DNA of 63,612 bases, filler included, from Perkinsus olseni (GCA_013115125.1; 19 parts of 19 records of this genome joined end to end with filler, not necessarily neighbours in it), one strand, 5' to 3'; shown: positions 21,993-33,700, counted from the first letter of the whole stretch. Numbers and translations: made by a program. Notes: generated by a model not told the origin, from the sequence alone.

Positions 21993-23672
21993 ATGCGTAT
22001 TCTCGTCTCGGCAGCGCCTTTGGAGGCATGTATAGCCTTCGTCGAAGCTGAGCCGATTTCTCTTCTAATAGCGGACGAGTATGTACCTTTAATAGTCGAC
22101 GGCCAGCCTCTCAACTTCCGAGTGGATTCGGGAAGCGCCAGGAGTTTCGCCATCTACGGCCCGTCGTACGAGGAATTGATGGGCAGAGGCAGTTGCTCCC
22201 GGATCACTTCTGGATGCTACTTCTGCCCCCCTGATAATCCTTGCGATGATATTCTCTCAAGGAAGAGATGGAAGACAACTTTCGGAGACGGTGACGAGTT
22301 CGAATATGTTCAGCACAATATGACGCTCATCATTTCTAATAAGACGGTTCATGGTTTCAAGCTTGGATTGGCCATCAACTACAGTACCGTCCGTGAGAAG
22401 GAAGTCGACATGTACGGCTTACTAGGCCTCTCCTTCGGTCGAAGTGGCGTCCCACAAACTTTCCTGGAACAGCTCCAAAAACGACAGGTTATACCCAATC
22501 TCACGTAATCTATCCGTGCTGACGGGCAAGGGCCTCTTATCAGCGGAAACTTGACACTCGATGACAACAGTGCATTCGGAGTCCCGCCTTCACCTTTAAG
22601 CAGGCATGCGAGGCTATTTAGAGGGCTCATCATTCAGGTGTGGTCACTCACACTGCTTGGCTCTAATGGGGACCCGTTGACACGGCAGAGGAATGTTGAT
22701 GTTCAGACGGAGCATACGAGCGCCGTCGCACTTGCGGATAGTGGAGCCACAGCACTAGACGTCTCCGACGCAGATTTCGAGAGCATGAAACCTCTGACTA
22801 CGGGGATCGGTAGTCGGGGCGGCGGCCACGACTGACCTGAAGGCAATGAGGGCAACAAGGGGAGACACCGACTGCCCTCCCTGCGACCTTACGCTGACAG
22901 CTCACGCGTTTGGCTGCGCACAGCGGGTACACAACCCCACGCGTGCAGCGGCCAGCCCAGCGAGGGCCTACACCTGAGTGATCAGGTAGGTCCAGGCTCA
23001 CCCGTAGTCTCGGTTAGTGGGTTGGGTGGGATTGATCGGCTCACGCAAAGACTGCAGAGCCGCTCAAATCGTAAGGAAGACAAACATGGTTACAAACTGA
23101 CAGACGAGCGGTGGCCTAGGTTCGCGCGTGTCGCAGAACCGCCTCCCTCTCGTCGAGACCGACATACCACAGTACTAGGACGCTACAACTCGACAACGAT
23201 CAGTAGTACGAGAAACTGCGTCCAGCCTGGCTAGTGCCCTAGCGTGTGTCGCTAGGACACAAAACTTGTCCCCTTCCGTCCCGGTTTCACCGTCGATAAA
23301 GCCCTCCAGGATTTACCTCAGCATGGTAAAGATAACCGTTGAAGCACTGCGTCGCGATTGTCGAAAATTGTACCTTCCGGATACGGGGCAGATCATATGG
23401 GAGGATCCCGACACTGGCATTTACACGATCAAAACATTGGCTGTCCCTTATTTACCAACACTCGTCTATTCGGTTGGAGAAGACCCGGATCGCACGGAAA
23501 TCAGAATACAACCGGAACATTATGTTTCTGGATGTGACACGGTGAGCTGCCAGCTGGATATCACCCTTACTCCCCACGGATACATTTGCCTCGGGCATCC
23601 CCTGTTCCGTGCCTACGATGTGAAGTTTGATTTGTCGAACTATCAACTCTACCTCGCTCCTCACGGAGTAAA
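21993..23672 (+). pseudogene. Pepsin-like aspartic protease pseudogene (premature TAA at 22506-22508 plus a 532-bp insertion)
   Basis: VDSGS and ADSGAT catalytic motifs, GLLGLSF; same frame on both sides of TAA; removing the insertion gives DFESM|VKITVEALRR, collinear with the paralog's ELEGIVKLTVSAMR. Confidence 0.88.
22788..23319. mobile_element. 532-bp non-coding insertion flanked by AGCATG direct repeats (solo-LTR-like)
   Basis: AGCATG at 22782-87 and 23320-25; excision restores the protease frame. Confidence 0.8.
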
Positions 23673-24444
23673 NNNNNNNNNNNNNNNNNNNNNNNNNNNN
23701 NNNNNNNNNNNNNNNNTTAATTAATTAANNNNNNNNNNNNNNNNNNNNNNNNNNNNNNNNNNNNNNNNNNNNCAGGCCATGGGGACAGATCGGCCACAAT
23801 AATGTATTACAGTAGGCAATCATTGAAAAGGCGGTTCACTACACTGACGCTCTGACGATACTCAATACTCTTTGATGCTCAGAGAATTTGATTCGAACCA
23901 TGATATTCTGACCATCTGAGTATCAATTTGATACTCATGATGGTCAGATGGTCAGATCATCATCGTCTTTTGAGAAGACTTCTCTCTGGACTCTATAGTC
24001 TAGATTCGAATCAGTTGTTCCAACTACTCCCGCGGGGGTCACACGTGAAAAGGCAATGCTGTAAACGCATATCAAAAGGAGCTCGAAGAAATAGAATGCC
24101 TAGGCGAAATGGCGGGAGTGGCGCAAGGTAAGGCCACGGAATTCCAGACTCTGGCGATTCACGCAAGACCGGGTAACGTAGATCGGGTTACGAGAGACCT
24201 CCCAGTAAGACCCAGATAATATCACTTGACTGAGCTTTCGTTTGTGTCTCATTTCTCAGTCGCTTGCATTTCGGAACCAATCAGCTTCTACAAATATACC
24301 AACAATTTCATGCCATGGTTCAACGGTTCAACTTCAACCCAACGTTACACGATTTGAGTACGCATTTTCCCAGTTAGGTGACCTAACTTAGATCTGGTTA
24401 CGGCCGGTAACTGACGGACCCAATCTGGGTCGTCCGTGTGGGTC

Positions 24445-25772
24445 CACACTTCGACCGTGTGGACCGAGCACTACTACTTCGACGACTTGAGAATGCGGGT
24501 ATCCGCGGCAGACTCTGTAATCTCCTTCAGAATTATCTATCTGATAGAAGGTTTAAGGTGGTCTGTGCTGGCACCTGCTCTACACTCTACCACGAGTCAG
24601 CTGGTGTTTGTCAAGGCTCCTGCCTTGGTCCTATCCTTTGGCTCTACTACTTCTCGCCCATCCACTCTGCAGCTACCAGAGCTGCGGGCCCAGGTCTCAC
24701 TACCTATACCTTCGCTGACGACCATACCCAAGGCTCTCGAGTGCGCGCACAACTCGACCAAGGCGAAGTGGGCGCTCTTGATTTCACCGGCGGTGCGAGG
24801 ATTACTATGGAGTCCTCCAAAAAGGTATTAAGTTCCTTCGCTAACCGATGTCGCACTCCAGCCAATGTCTGCCCCGTTCTTCTTGGACTTAGAGTCGACA
24901 GTGCTCTGACAATGTCTTCGCACTTCGATCATGCTCTTGAGCAGCAAGTCTCCATCAGAACTAAGGCTTAACTACTTCGCCTACGATCGCTTCTTGACAC
25001 TTCGCAACTTGCTAGATGCTACAAGCAGTACTGCTGGCCCTTCCTAGAGTATGGTATGCCTGGTTTCATTCATCATGCAAGCGAGGCCCAACTTCGCAGG
25101 CTTGACTCTTGCCAGGACCGCTTTGTTGAACTTACCGGTTGCTCGCTACCGTCTCTGGGTTGGCGCCGCCACGTTGGCATGATGTGTTGGCTTTACAAGA
25201 TTGTAGAGGATAGCAGAGTCTTCATATTATCCTTCATCTCTCGTAGTAACTGAGCGGTACTGTTTTTCTTTAGTTTGTGTGATTTCACTATGATATGAAC
25301 ACAACTAAGATTCCTCAGCTCTGAAGCTAGGAGTATGACAAAGACGAGTGGGTATTACTATACTATTGATTGTGCTGATCATGAGATGAGTATTTCAGAT
25401 CATATGTCTTATATCAAGTTGGATTTCCCATTCGTATTATTTCCTCTTATCTATGCCGCCTTTTCAGCAGGGTAATGATAGTACTATGAACAAGGAAAAA
25501 GGTGTTGAGTTTGTTGACAGCCAAGATGATTCTACTACAAGATAGTAGTGTTGAAGCGCGGTTCACCTTCCCTACAAGCACGGTTTGTCGTCACGACTAG
25601 CCGAGAGGGTTACAATACACGCTTGAAGTCTCGGTTGCACCCATACCAGCTGGCCGTGGCGAAAAGACAAAACGATTTGGCAATCTATCGGCGCTGGTGC
25701 CGTGTTCTTGATTCTTGGAATTCGCTGCCAACTTAGGTCTGGTTACGGCCGGTAACTGACGGACCCAATCTC
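24445..25772 (+). mobile_element. 5'-truncated non-LTR (LINE, CR1/L2/Jockey-like) retrotransposon; RT C-terminal half with one TAA and one insertion
   Basis: FDRVD, GVCQGSCLGP, FADD, YKQYCWPFLEYG, terminal WNSLPT*; one frame across TAA 24969-71 and across the insertion. Confidence 0.88.
25202..25535. mobile_element. ~330-bp AT-rich insertion in the LINE, flanked by TACAAGAT direct repeats
   Basis: TACAAGAT at 25194-25201 and 25536-25543; removal restores WLYKIVVLKRG; short GTAGA...TCTAC inverted ends. Confidence 0.7.
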
Positions 25773-26461
25773 GGCCTCCACAGGAGTCGACATTGAACTT
25801 GCTGATTTTGACTCAAATTGCCTCATACAGTGTCGGAGGGAACGAGGAGAGGGGTGTGAGAATCTGAGAAGAGGCAACGCGGCGCGTTGTACGCGCGAAA
25901 ATGAAACGACTTACGAGTCGTGAGCCACGACCTTCGAAATGGCGCAAGGCGGGGCAGTACCCCACAGTCGTCGGTGAGGTCGGCAGCGAGGCTGGCTCGA
26001 GCAAAAACTGTGCCGAGGCCGCCGAAGGCGATGATCCTAAAAACGGCAATTGCGGTTCGGCACAACCCGCACAAGTACACTGCGCGCACGAAACGCTGCA
26101 CACAAACCAAAACTCCCATACCGACATATCCAAGCGAACTCTCCCGCGAAATCCAACTCCACGGAAGTAAGATGTAATCCCGGGGCTCCTGCTAAGCATT
26201 CAGCAGTTCCTACGGGAAGTCCCCGGTTTACGCCATACCGACGAGTATGGCCTCACGGAAGGAGACAGCGCCTGTCTTCCATTAGCTGTTCCATGTGCGG
26301 AGGTCCTGCAAGGAAGTTCATGTGATCATTCCCCCTTATTGAAAAGCCCCTAGATGTGAGGTTGGCTGAGGCCCTATCGATTGAGCCAGCTGCCAGCTCT
26401 TGCCAACAGTCTGTCTTCTTCTTCTTGGCAGCTACCTTTATCTTTTCATCCTCAGCCCCTA

Positions 26462-27040
26462 ATGTCCGCTATGAGACTCATTCTGTTGCTCATTCCATTG
26501 GCTGCAGCCCAACTGCGTTCATCTCCTGTTGAGAACGCCTGTGACGATCTCTGCAAGCTCATCCCTGGATGCTCTTGGAAAGGCTCCTACTGCAAGTTAT
26601 ATCCCCACCCCGCCGTTTGTCAAGATTTGTGAGTACACTCGGGATTTGTTCGAGGCCTAGGCCCTTTGTTTTAGGCACTTCGTCAAGGCTCCTCACTCCT
26701 CTAATGCGACGGTTTGCTCGGAAGGCGTCGATCCCTCTACGTGCCCAACGGATTATCCAGTACGTTGTGATGACATCCAGCCCTGTGAGTAGCTTTCTCT
26801 GGTCTTCCGCCAACCAGACCTGCACTCTCTTTCAGTTGACCCTAACGAAGAGCCGAGTTTCCCTTACTATGGTTATACCGACCTTTCTGGTCACGACGAA
26901 ACAAGCCTTTCTGGCTCAACCTACTATGGATATGTCGATTTCGAACAAGAATATTACAATAAGACGTTTATCACGTACTCTCTGAGACACTTGGAACCAA
27001 ACGGTATTTACCGCATTTACATTCACGAGAAGTCTTCTTT
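26462..27040 (+). CDS. Secreted Cys-rich-domain protein fused to a Cu/Zn-SOD-like domain (3 exons, 3'-partial)
   Basis: Signal peptide MRLILLLIPLAAA; GT-AG introns 26629-26674 and 26785-26835; Cys-rich CDDLC...GSYCK...VC...C...C...C; exon 3 YGYVDFEQ...TFITYSLRHLEPNGIYRIYIHEK. Confidence 0.65.
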
Positions 27041-27142
27041 NNNNNNNNNNNNNNNNNNNNNNNNNNNNNNNNNNNNNNNNNNNNTTAATTAATTAANNNN
27101 NNNNNNNNNNNNNNNNNNNNNNNNNNNNNNNNNNNNNNNNCA

Positions 27143-29275
27143 TGGGGAAAGAAGTTCTTCAAGAACTACGAGTACAAGATGGATGATGAGTTCGATGTCG
27201 CCATCGTCACTCCCCTCGTTCACTACTGCATGGGTGGTTTGAAGATCGATACTACCGGTCGCGTGCTCAACAAGGAAGGCAAGCCGATCCGCGGTCTCTA
27301 CGCTGCCGGTGAGCTCATGGGAGGTGTCCACGGCAACAACCGTTTGGGCGGTAACTCTCTTCTTGACTGTGTCGTCTTCGGCCGTCTCACTGGTAAGGAT
27401 CTCTGCGAGAACGTTCTTGGTCTCAACAACAAGTTGAACTTGAAGGAACTGAAGAACGCTCCGGCGGCCCAGAAGCCCGCCCCCGTTGCCGAGAAGGTTG
27501 CCGCTGCTGCTGCCCCTGCTCCCGCCCCTAACGGTTATACTATGGAGGAGGTTGCCAAGCACAACACCGAGAGCGATTGCTGGGTTGCTCTCAACGGTGA
27601 GGTTCTTGATGTGACTGACTTCCTCCCCGAGCATCCCGGTGGAAAGCTCGCCATCATGACCTTCGCTGGAAAGGACGCCTCCAAGGAGTTCAACATGATT
27701 CATCCCGCTGACGTCGTTGAGAAGTACGCCTCCGATGCCGTTCTCGGACCCGTCGTAGAGGCCTCCGCTGCTCCCGCTGCCCCTGTCGCCGCCGCTGCCG
27801 CTGCTCCTGCTGCTCCCACCAATGGTTACACTTTGGAGGAGGTTGCCAAGCACAACACCGATACCGACTGCTGGGTTGCCCTCAACGGTCAGGTTTTGGA
27901 TGTCACTGACTTCCTTCCTGAGCATCCCGGTGGAAAGCTCGCCATCATGACTTTCGCCGGCAAGGACGCCTCAAGGGAGTTCAACATGATCCACCCCGCT
28001 GACGTCGTCGAGAAGTACGTGCCTGAGTCTATCCTCGGACCTGTTGTTGAGGCCTCAGCTGCCGCTGCCGCCCCTGCTGCCGCTGCTCCCGCCAACGGTA
28101 TCACCATGGAGGAGGTCGCTAAGCACACCAGCGAGACCGACTGTTGGGTTGTTGTGAACGGTCAGGTCTTGGACGTTACCGACTTCCTTCCTGAGCATCC
28201 CGGTGGAAAGCTCGCCATCATGACTTTTGCTGGTAAGGACGCCTCCAAGGAGTTCAACATGATCCATCCCGCCGATGTGGTTGAGAAGTATGCTTCCGAT
28301 GCCATCCTCGGACCTGTTGTTGAGGCTTCTGCGGTCGCCCCTGCTGGTGCCTCCAGCAACTTGGCTCAGCCTCTCCTTAGTGACTACTCCGCCAAGGCTG
28401 CTCCTGCTCAGTGGTGGGGTGAGGAGCGCAACACTTGCGACATGCACGGCCCTCTTGGACCCTCTGTCTGGTCGTACTGCGCTGCTCTTTGCTACTTCGT
28501 CTGGATGTTCGTTCTCGAGACTTTGAAAACTATCTTCACCGTCAAGAACTGGAAGAACATCTCCGACAAGTCTGGATTGACTCGCTCTGCTATCTTCATG
28601 ATGGTCTTCGTCACGATCCATGCTTTGGGTAACATCCACTTGTTCTTCGGCGCAATTCACTTCAATGCTTACGCCTACTTCCTCAACCATCCTTGCCCCT
28701 GGAGCACTCTTCTCCTCCCTGTGGAGATCTACCTCCTTGCCGCTGGTCTCTTGCACGTCACTGTCGCCACTGTCCGTACCTTCAAGTTCAAGAGCATGAA
28801 CAGCAGCGTCGACCAGCTTTGGTTGTTCTTGACTGGAAGCGTTCTCTTCGTGTTCCTTGTTGTCCATCTCATGCAGTTCCGCTTCGTCAGCGAGGCCGCC
28901 GCTCCTCAGTACTACTTCCGCTCCAAGTGGATGTACCCCTTCTACTGCAGCAGTGACGATACCTCTTGCCAGCTTGTCCACTTCAAGGATCTTTACAAGA
29001 TGGAGATGAAGTACTTCGAGAGTTTCGGCTGGGTTCTCTTCTACGAGGCAGGTGTCATTGCTTTCTGGTCTCATATGAAGGAGGGTATTCGCAAGGTCAT
29101 TGCTGCCTACGCTGGCATTCCCCGCAAGTACAAGTCTCAGGCTCAGTTCTTCGGTCAGCTCATGGCCTGGGTGCTCGGTCTCCTGTACTTCTCTTACCCC
29201 TTGTTCAGCTACTTCGCTCCTATCAAGGACTGGGCCAAGTATGATGCTGCCATGCCCACTCCCGTCGAGATGTAA
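27143..29275 (+). CDS. Fumarate reductase flavoprotein (Osm1/flavocytochrome type, C-term) + 3 cytochrome b5 domains + SdhC/FrdC-like membrane cytochrome b; 5'-partial, intronless in the visible part
   Basis: [39 protein letters not shown]; three EVAKH...DCW...[12 protein letters not shown]...GKDAS.EF.MIH repeats; hydrophobic C-terminus with spaced His (IHALGN, LLHV, VVHL, WSHM); strong codon bias. Confidence 0.93.
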   Translation, partial: WGKKFFKNYEYKMDDEFDVAIVTPLVHYCMGGLKIDTTGRVLNKEGKPIRGLYAAGELMGGVHGNNRLGGNSLLDCVVFGRLTGKDLCENVLGLNNKLNLKELKNAPAAQKPAPVAEKVAAAAAPAPAPNGYTMEEVAKHNTESDCWVALNGEVLDVTDFLPEHPGGKLAIMTFAGKDASKEFNMIHPADVVEKYASDAVLGPVVEASAAPAAPVAAAAAAPAAPTNGYTLEEVAKHNTDTDCWVALNGQVLDVTDFLPEHPGGKLAIMTFAGKDASREFNMIHPADVVEKYVPESILGPVVEASAAAAAPAAAAPANGITMEEVAKHTSETDCWVVVNGQVLDVTDFLPEHPGGKLAIMTFAGKDASKEFNMIHPADVVEKYASDAILGPVVEASAVAPAGASSNLAQPLLSDYSAKAAPAQWWGEERNTCDMHGPLGPSVWSYCAALCYFVWMFVLETLKTIFTVKNWKNISDKSGLTRSAIFMMVFVTIHALGNIHLFFGAIHFNAYAYFLNHPCPWSTLLLPVEIYLLAAGLLHVTVATVRTFKFKSMNSSVDQLWLFLTGSVLFVFLVVHLMQFRFVSEAAAPQYYFRSKWMYPFYCSSDDTSCQLVHFKDLYKMEMKYFESFGWVLFYEAGVIAFWSHMKEGIRKVIAAYAGIPRKYKSQAQFFGQLMAWVLGLLYFSYPLFSYFAPIKDWAKYDAAMPTPVEM
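27532..28330 (+). repeat. Three near-identical ~280-290-bp tandem repeats encoding cytochrome b5 domains with Ala/Pro linkers
   Basis: GAGCATCCCGGTGGAAAGCTCGCCATCATGAC occurs in all three units. Confidence 0.95.
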
Positions 29276-30314
29276 GCGAAGCTGTTGGGTCCTTGTTTGA
29301 ATATGGGTTACTTGTCTTTTGCTCCTCGCCAAGTCAATACGGCTTTGGTGTTTTGTGTATGATTGACGGTTAGATAATCGTCTACTATTTAAGTTACTTT
29401 GGTTGTTCAGCCAGCCCACGTTACCGGTCCTCCACTTCACGGCATACTCCCAATCCTATGGCGAATTCCGCCTGGACGTATTGGTCGGTACACGTTTAGT
29501 CCAGTTACCCGTGTTGGGTCACGTTTTCCAAATTTCTCTTGTTGTTGAGTCGCCAGTGCCTGGGTTAGAAGAGGATTAGATCAGGTGGGGACCATACAGT
29601 CGGTGCTAACCTCGCATATATTCATGTTTAGCATTGCCGGGCAGCATTCTTCCCGAATTAGTCTCTCAGTTTCTCGGTCTGTGGTGAAATCTCGCCTAGT
29701 TGGGATGAGCCCCCGTCGTTCAGATCTGGGGTGCTTGAGCGTCCCCGCGTGAACGTTGTGTCGCCCGTCTATCTTTCTCCGGGACGCCGATCCTCAATCA
29801 TAGCTACCCGCTTGATTTCGATTCAATGAGTAAGCATATCATTACTGAGCAGTTGAGCGATACCCTACAATCTTAGTCCCTGTAATAATATCGCGTGAGA
29901 GTCTCTACCGTCTATACTGAGTAGGCGATCGATAGATTCACCTGCGGGGGTCTTTCCACTACTGGTTCCATCTTTTCGTCTGAGCTTTCTGTATCACCGA
30001 GTGTCACCGCGTACTGTCGATCTTCGCTCTCATTCATATTCACGACATACAGGTTATCAAGCAGCCCATCTGTGCGAGTCTGAAGCTTGAAGCAGAGGGC
30101 CTCCGTCGGGCGCGCCTCATAGCTTAGCTTTTCTGTCCCGGACTGTGTCGTGGGTCTGGCTCCAATCGCTGTGCAGCAGATTCAGCCTAACCCAGCCGGG
30201 TTTTTGGGAATGGGTCGGATTCTTTTCATGTTGTCTTCTAGGTTCAGGAGGTCAAGTTAAGTGTTGTGGATGTGAACTTCGTGTGGCTCAGTTTTGAGGC
30301 ATCCTTGCTACCTC

Positions 30315-30405
30315 ATGACATCCACCAACCAAGTCATCGTCGTCGGAGGCGGCCTCGCTGGTTTCTCTGCCGCTAACACGGTATTGGAGAACGGCGGGAA
30401 CGTTC
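30315..30405 (+). CDS. N-terminus of a downstream fumarate reductase gene, probably the next tandem copy (FAD-binding GxGxxG)
   Basis: MTSTNQVIVVGGGLAGFSAANTVLENGGNV; not in the ORF track. Confidence 0.85.
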
Positions 30406-30505
30406 NNNNNNNNNNNNNNNNNNNNNNNNNNNNNNNNNNNNNNNNNNNNTTAATTAATTAANNNNNNNNNNNNNNNNNNNNNNNNNNNNNNNNNNNNNNN
30501 NNNNN

Positions 30506-33500
30506 TCGTTAACGGGTTCAGTGAGACCGAGAGTCGCAATACGAGAGATCCAGTTAACCCCTTATTGCGGAGAACAACAAGAACACGGCACATATACTTG
30601 CGTTGTCTTTCGAACAGGCGGGACACCACGAGACGACTTGAACGCACAGGCATGCGGGGCCAGGGTACTTCCTAGACTAGGAATCCTAGCCGGCAGTGGT
30701 AGCAGGGAGGATGGTGCTGGCGAGAAGTCGGCTCAACAATACATCTATCTCGATGCTGGCCTTCGACGGCACCATTGCAGACGATTGCTCTTCCTTCCCC
30801 TCTACGAAAGCAGCTCGTATGAGTTCAGTAGTGATGGACGAGAATGCAGGATTTGCTGAGACTATCGCCACAGTGTCACCGTATGTGATACGCCCATCGG
30901 TGGCGACACGGGAGAGCGAACTCCGGAGGAAATCGACTCGTTCTCGATGCTCATCCAAATGCTGCAATCGAAGGCCAAGGGTCAGTGGGGATGTCACAGA
31001 TCTCGCGCTAAAGGAGACGTCCTTGTCGGGCTGGAATAGCGAGTAATAGTCTATAAGTGTGTCTGGACCTCCTGAAGCGAATCTTATCGCACCGAAAATA
31101 TTCCTACTGCGCAGAAGATACCCTCACCAGCTGGAACATACTGCTGAAGGTCTTGCCAGCGATTTGTGTTTTTCCACGGTATGAGTTCTTGCAGACCAAA
31201 GAAGAGGTCACGCTTGGTGCAACAAGGAGACTGAGAGGGGCCCTGAACCGAGGCGACTGAGGTCATCAGCTGAGACCCTTGCGACTCGGCCAAGCTGGAC
31301 CTACCGTCGAAGCAGCCCCCCGGTCGAATGCCGCGCAGATGTCTCGAGGAAGGTGGCAGTTATCGACCAGCGCCCATACTGTTATCTGGAAGCTTCCCTC
31401 CAGACAGCCTCGTCTCTTGGTATACCTCCTCGCGTATCAACATCGTCATGGCCAGCATTAGTGGTGTTACCCCCGTCATACTGATGACTTCACGTCGGAC
31501 TACGAACATAATGGAGAGGACGAGGCTCCAGAGAGAAGACTAAAAGCGATCGCTGCTCGCAGTCAAAGCCTTCCGGGAATTTACTTGTAAGATTGCCCAT
31601 GTGTCCTTCATAGTGCGAGTCGAGGCAGTCCCGGAGATGGATGGGTTCCGCAAGCACTCCCCCAGTGCTAGATTCCAGCGGTCTAGCAAGCCGCTAGAGC
31701 CTGCCATGGTCGCTCACGGGGACAAGTCGAACGAGGGCTACCAGTGTAAATCGAGGACTGCTTCACCACAGCCTTCAGGATGGCAGCAACGAAGGTTGAC
31801 TCATGAGTTTTACGCGAGGCGTAGATCGTCGCTACCCCGTAGAGGAACTCCCATACACTGGTTGTTGACAAAGACATGTTGCGACAGCTGCTCGGTGGCT
31901 CGTCCGTCGCGAACTCGCTGATCATCACAATCTACCGTGACGACCTCAAGATACCATTCACAAGCACGGTCCTCACCACTTCCTCATCGGACAGGCCGAG
32001 TGTCCCGTCCTCACCGAGCTCCCTTGCTAGAGCGGACACCGCTGTATTCAAGACTGTTGCAGTCAAGGCCTGCAACAGCGGTCTGTACAACGTCTCTGGA
32101 ATTCAGGTGGTACCTCGCCCCATGGTTGCAGCTCACCAGCGATGTCCTGGAAAGGCCGGACTCCACTTCGAGCTGTCGGAGGCCCGGCCTAAACCCGACG
32201 AGAGGCTCCGGGGCTCGCCCAATCTAGGATAGGTGGGACCTCAAGGATTGCCTTGTAGTGTCTTAGTATTCTGCACCCAAGCAGTGCTGCAGCTCCACCG
32301 TATCTATGATGGGAGGGGTAGCCCTCGGTACAGCGGTACCGTCACGCAAACGCTGAGCCAACAGAATTAACGTCCACTGATGGTCTCCCCGATGCGCTAG
32401 ACGGTCTGATTGTAGAATCGAGCTCGGCGCCTCTTCCAAGCTCACGCGTGCATGATTCGCAAGCCCTCAGCTTCTCGTCGTTCGAGCTCGCTCAGTAGAG
32501 TCCGGCCCAGTGACAGGCTGCTCTTCCGAGAGACGCTCGCCACTAAGTGCATCATGTCGGCCCCCGCAGCGGATTGTGGCTGGTCATGGTCATCATCATC
32601 ATCAGCCCGACAGATGTCACTGTCCTCAGCAGCCTCCAGTTGCCAGTCAACCACACCGGCCGCATCCTCCCACACTGGACGGGGTGTCAGAGGGCGACAG
32701 ATCTGAACGAGCCAGGATTGTGCCCGGGGCCCACGCCGATAACAAGGCGTGAAGAGACCTACACTTCCGTCGTCAGTACCGTCTGGACGTGGAATCTGGC
32801 CATGGCCTTTCCCTGCGACTGCCGCGTACGAACGCGAGAGATTCTTGTACTCCACGGAAAGGCTGCTGTACCTTCCATCATCGGCGACGCACATCAGACA
32901 GCACGAGGAACTCCGATGCTAGGCGGCAGTCTACGTGACGGAGGATGGCACGAGGCCACACGGGACAGGACCGTCTGCCCATCCGCTAGGGGAAGAGTTC
33001 CACTGATGCGATCACCTCGATGATATCTTACACTGTCTAAACTATCAACAGAGACCACTGACGATCTTGACGATATTCAAACAGTGCTCACCAGTCAGTA
33101 CTGCGCCAAGTGGGAGATGAGCACACTTCCCTCAACGAGGGTTGAAAGCTCACTTCTTTCTTATATCTTCCAGTTCTCTCAAGGCAACATTCTTTTCTTC
33201 CACCAATCTCGAATGGACCTCAGCGGTCACCATACCTGCTTCAGTATCCTAAGGCTGCTGCCTGGGGTGTCCTACTGGATATCTTATCGTTGAGTACTTG
33301 AATTTGCTCTTCCGTACTTCGAGCTTGCTGCTCGTGATGCTTCACTTCGTGACTCAGCCTTATACCTAGCTCTACCTCAAGTCGTTCTACTACTTCCGAC
33401 GTCTGAGCAGCTCTCACATTCTGATGCGACGTTTTGCTCCCTTTCGGCAGTTGCTGTAAGCTCAGCCATCAACCTGTTGTGCCCCTTCACTAGGTCGTAA

Positions 33501-33700
33501 TTCTGCCTGAAGCATGCTCGGCTGTGCTGCACAATACGTAGTACGTTACCGACTGGTCGGAGCAATAGCCCGACCAGTCCGAAGCGTGCTCATACATCAA
33601 CAGCCGGCAACGTGACCATTCCGAGGGTCCGCTGTAACAGTACTACTACAGTGGCATCATCGAAGTGGTGGTGATTAGGACCTGTGCTGTCGGTATTTCT
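30506..33700 (-). mobile_element. Heavily degenerate non-LTR retrotransposon remnant (ORF1 and AP-endonuclease region)
   Basis: Broken frames including SYAAVAG (ORF1-like) and WAILQVNSRK (APE N-terminus-like, ~31575-31600); many stops. Confidence 0.35.

Noticed and set aside
24000-24170. Minus-strand IARVWNSV as a second LINE 3' end
   Set aside because: Only a few residues of similarity; not enough to call.
11928-24971. In-frame TAA codons (11928, 22506, 24969) as stop-codon reassignment or readthrough
   Set aside because: Each is a single stop in an element or gene with other lesions; intact genes here end normally in TAA, TAG or TGA and long ORFs have no internal TAA.
27089-29440. Long antisense ORFs (278 aa and 461 aa)
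   Set aside because: Shadow frames caused by the strong codon bias of the fumarate reductase gene.
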